A DNA stretch of 36,764 bases from Nemertoderma westbladi (taxonomy: Eukaryota > Animalia > Xenacoelomorpha), in NCBI GenBank assembly GCA_032718475.1, contig JAUCBJ010001144.1, positions 1 through 36,764 of the forward strand. Direction: 5' to 3'. Under the pieces are notes generated by a model. The model was given only the letters and a program-made list of their open reading frames with translations. It was not told the origin of the DNA and searched no databases. The number at the start of each line of letters is the position of its first letter. The stretch's first letter is position 1. A program made the translations under genes and the position numbers. Positions 36,564 through 36,764 of the stretch are shown piece by piece.

Positions 36564-36598
<35 letters not shown>

Positions 36599-36600
36599 AT
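36540..36600. mobile_element. Possible hAT-type MITE left terminus
   Basis: CAGGGGCGGTTCTA followed by a long G-tract; no partner end in the window. Confidence 0.35.
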
Positions 36601-36764
36601 ATATTAAATTTACCAAGAACGATTTTTCGGACTTGTAAATGGCTCCACGCAAGCCGTGGAGTCCAATCTGGACACATTTATAAATGCCAGATTTAATTCG
36701 TTCCAACATAAACATTCCCAGCAACAACTTGTCTACTCTGAACATTGTGAACCTGATTTATATT

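Overview
AT-rich eukaryotic DNA, probably from an invertebrate metazoan (inferred from the transposon repertoire). No intact host gene, rRNA, tRNA or CRISPR array is evident. The window is a dense patchwork of decayed and young mobile elements. These include non-LTR elements (CRE-like, CR1/L2-group, two RTE families, RTEX-like), Penelope, BEL and Gypsy LTR fragments, DNA transposons (Chapaev-like, hATm, Sola1, piggyBac, MITEs), a 56-bp satellite and a 1.42-kb tandem duplication. Four observations stand out: (1) a PIF1-type helicase C-terminus fused in frame to an SLX1-like GIY-YIG nuclease; (2) an intronless mini-APLF-like ORF (FHA-acidic-PBZ), visible only after removing an RTE insertion at its target-site duplication (TSD); (3) two abutting perfect palindromes whose centres flank a 4-bp CAAA duplication, resembling a long P-nucleotide (hairpin-opening) excision footprint, inside a RAG1/Transib-related Chapaev-like element; (4) a frameshifted tyrosine recombinase. 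All family assignments come from motifs recognised by eye; no database searches were run.
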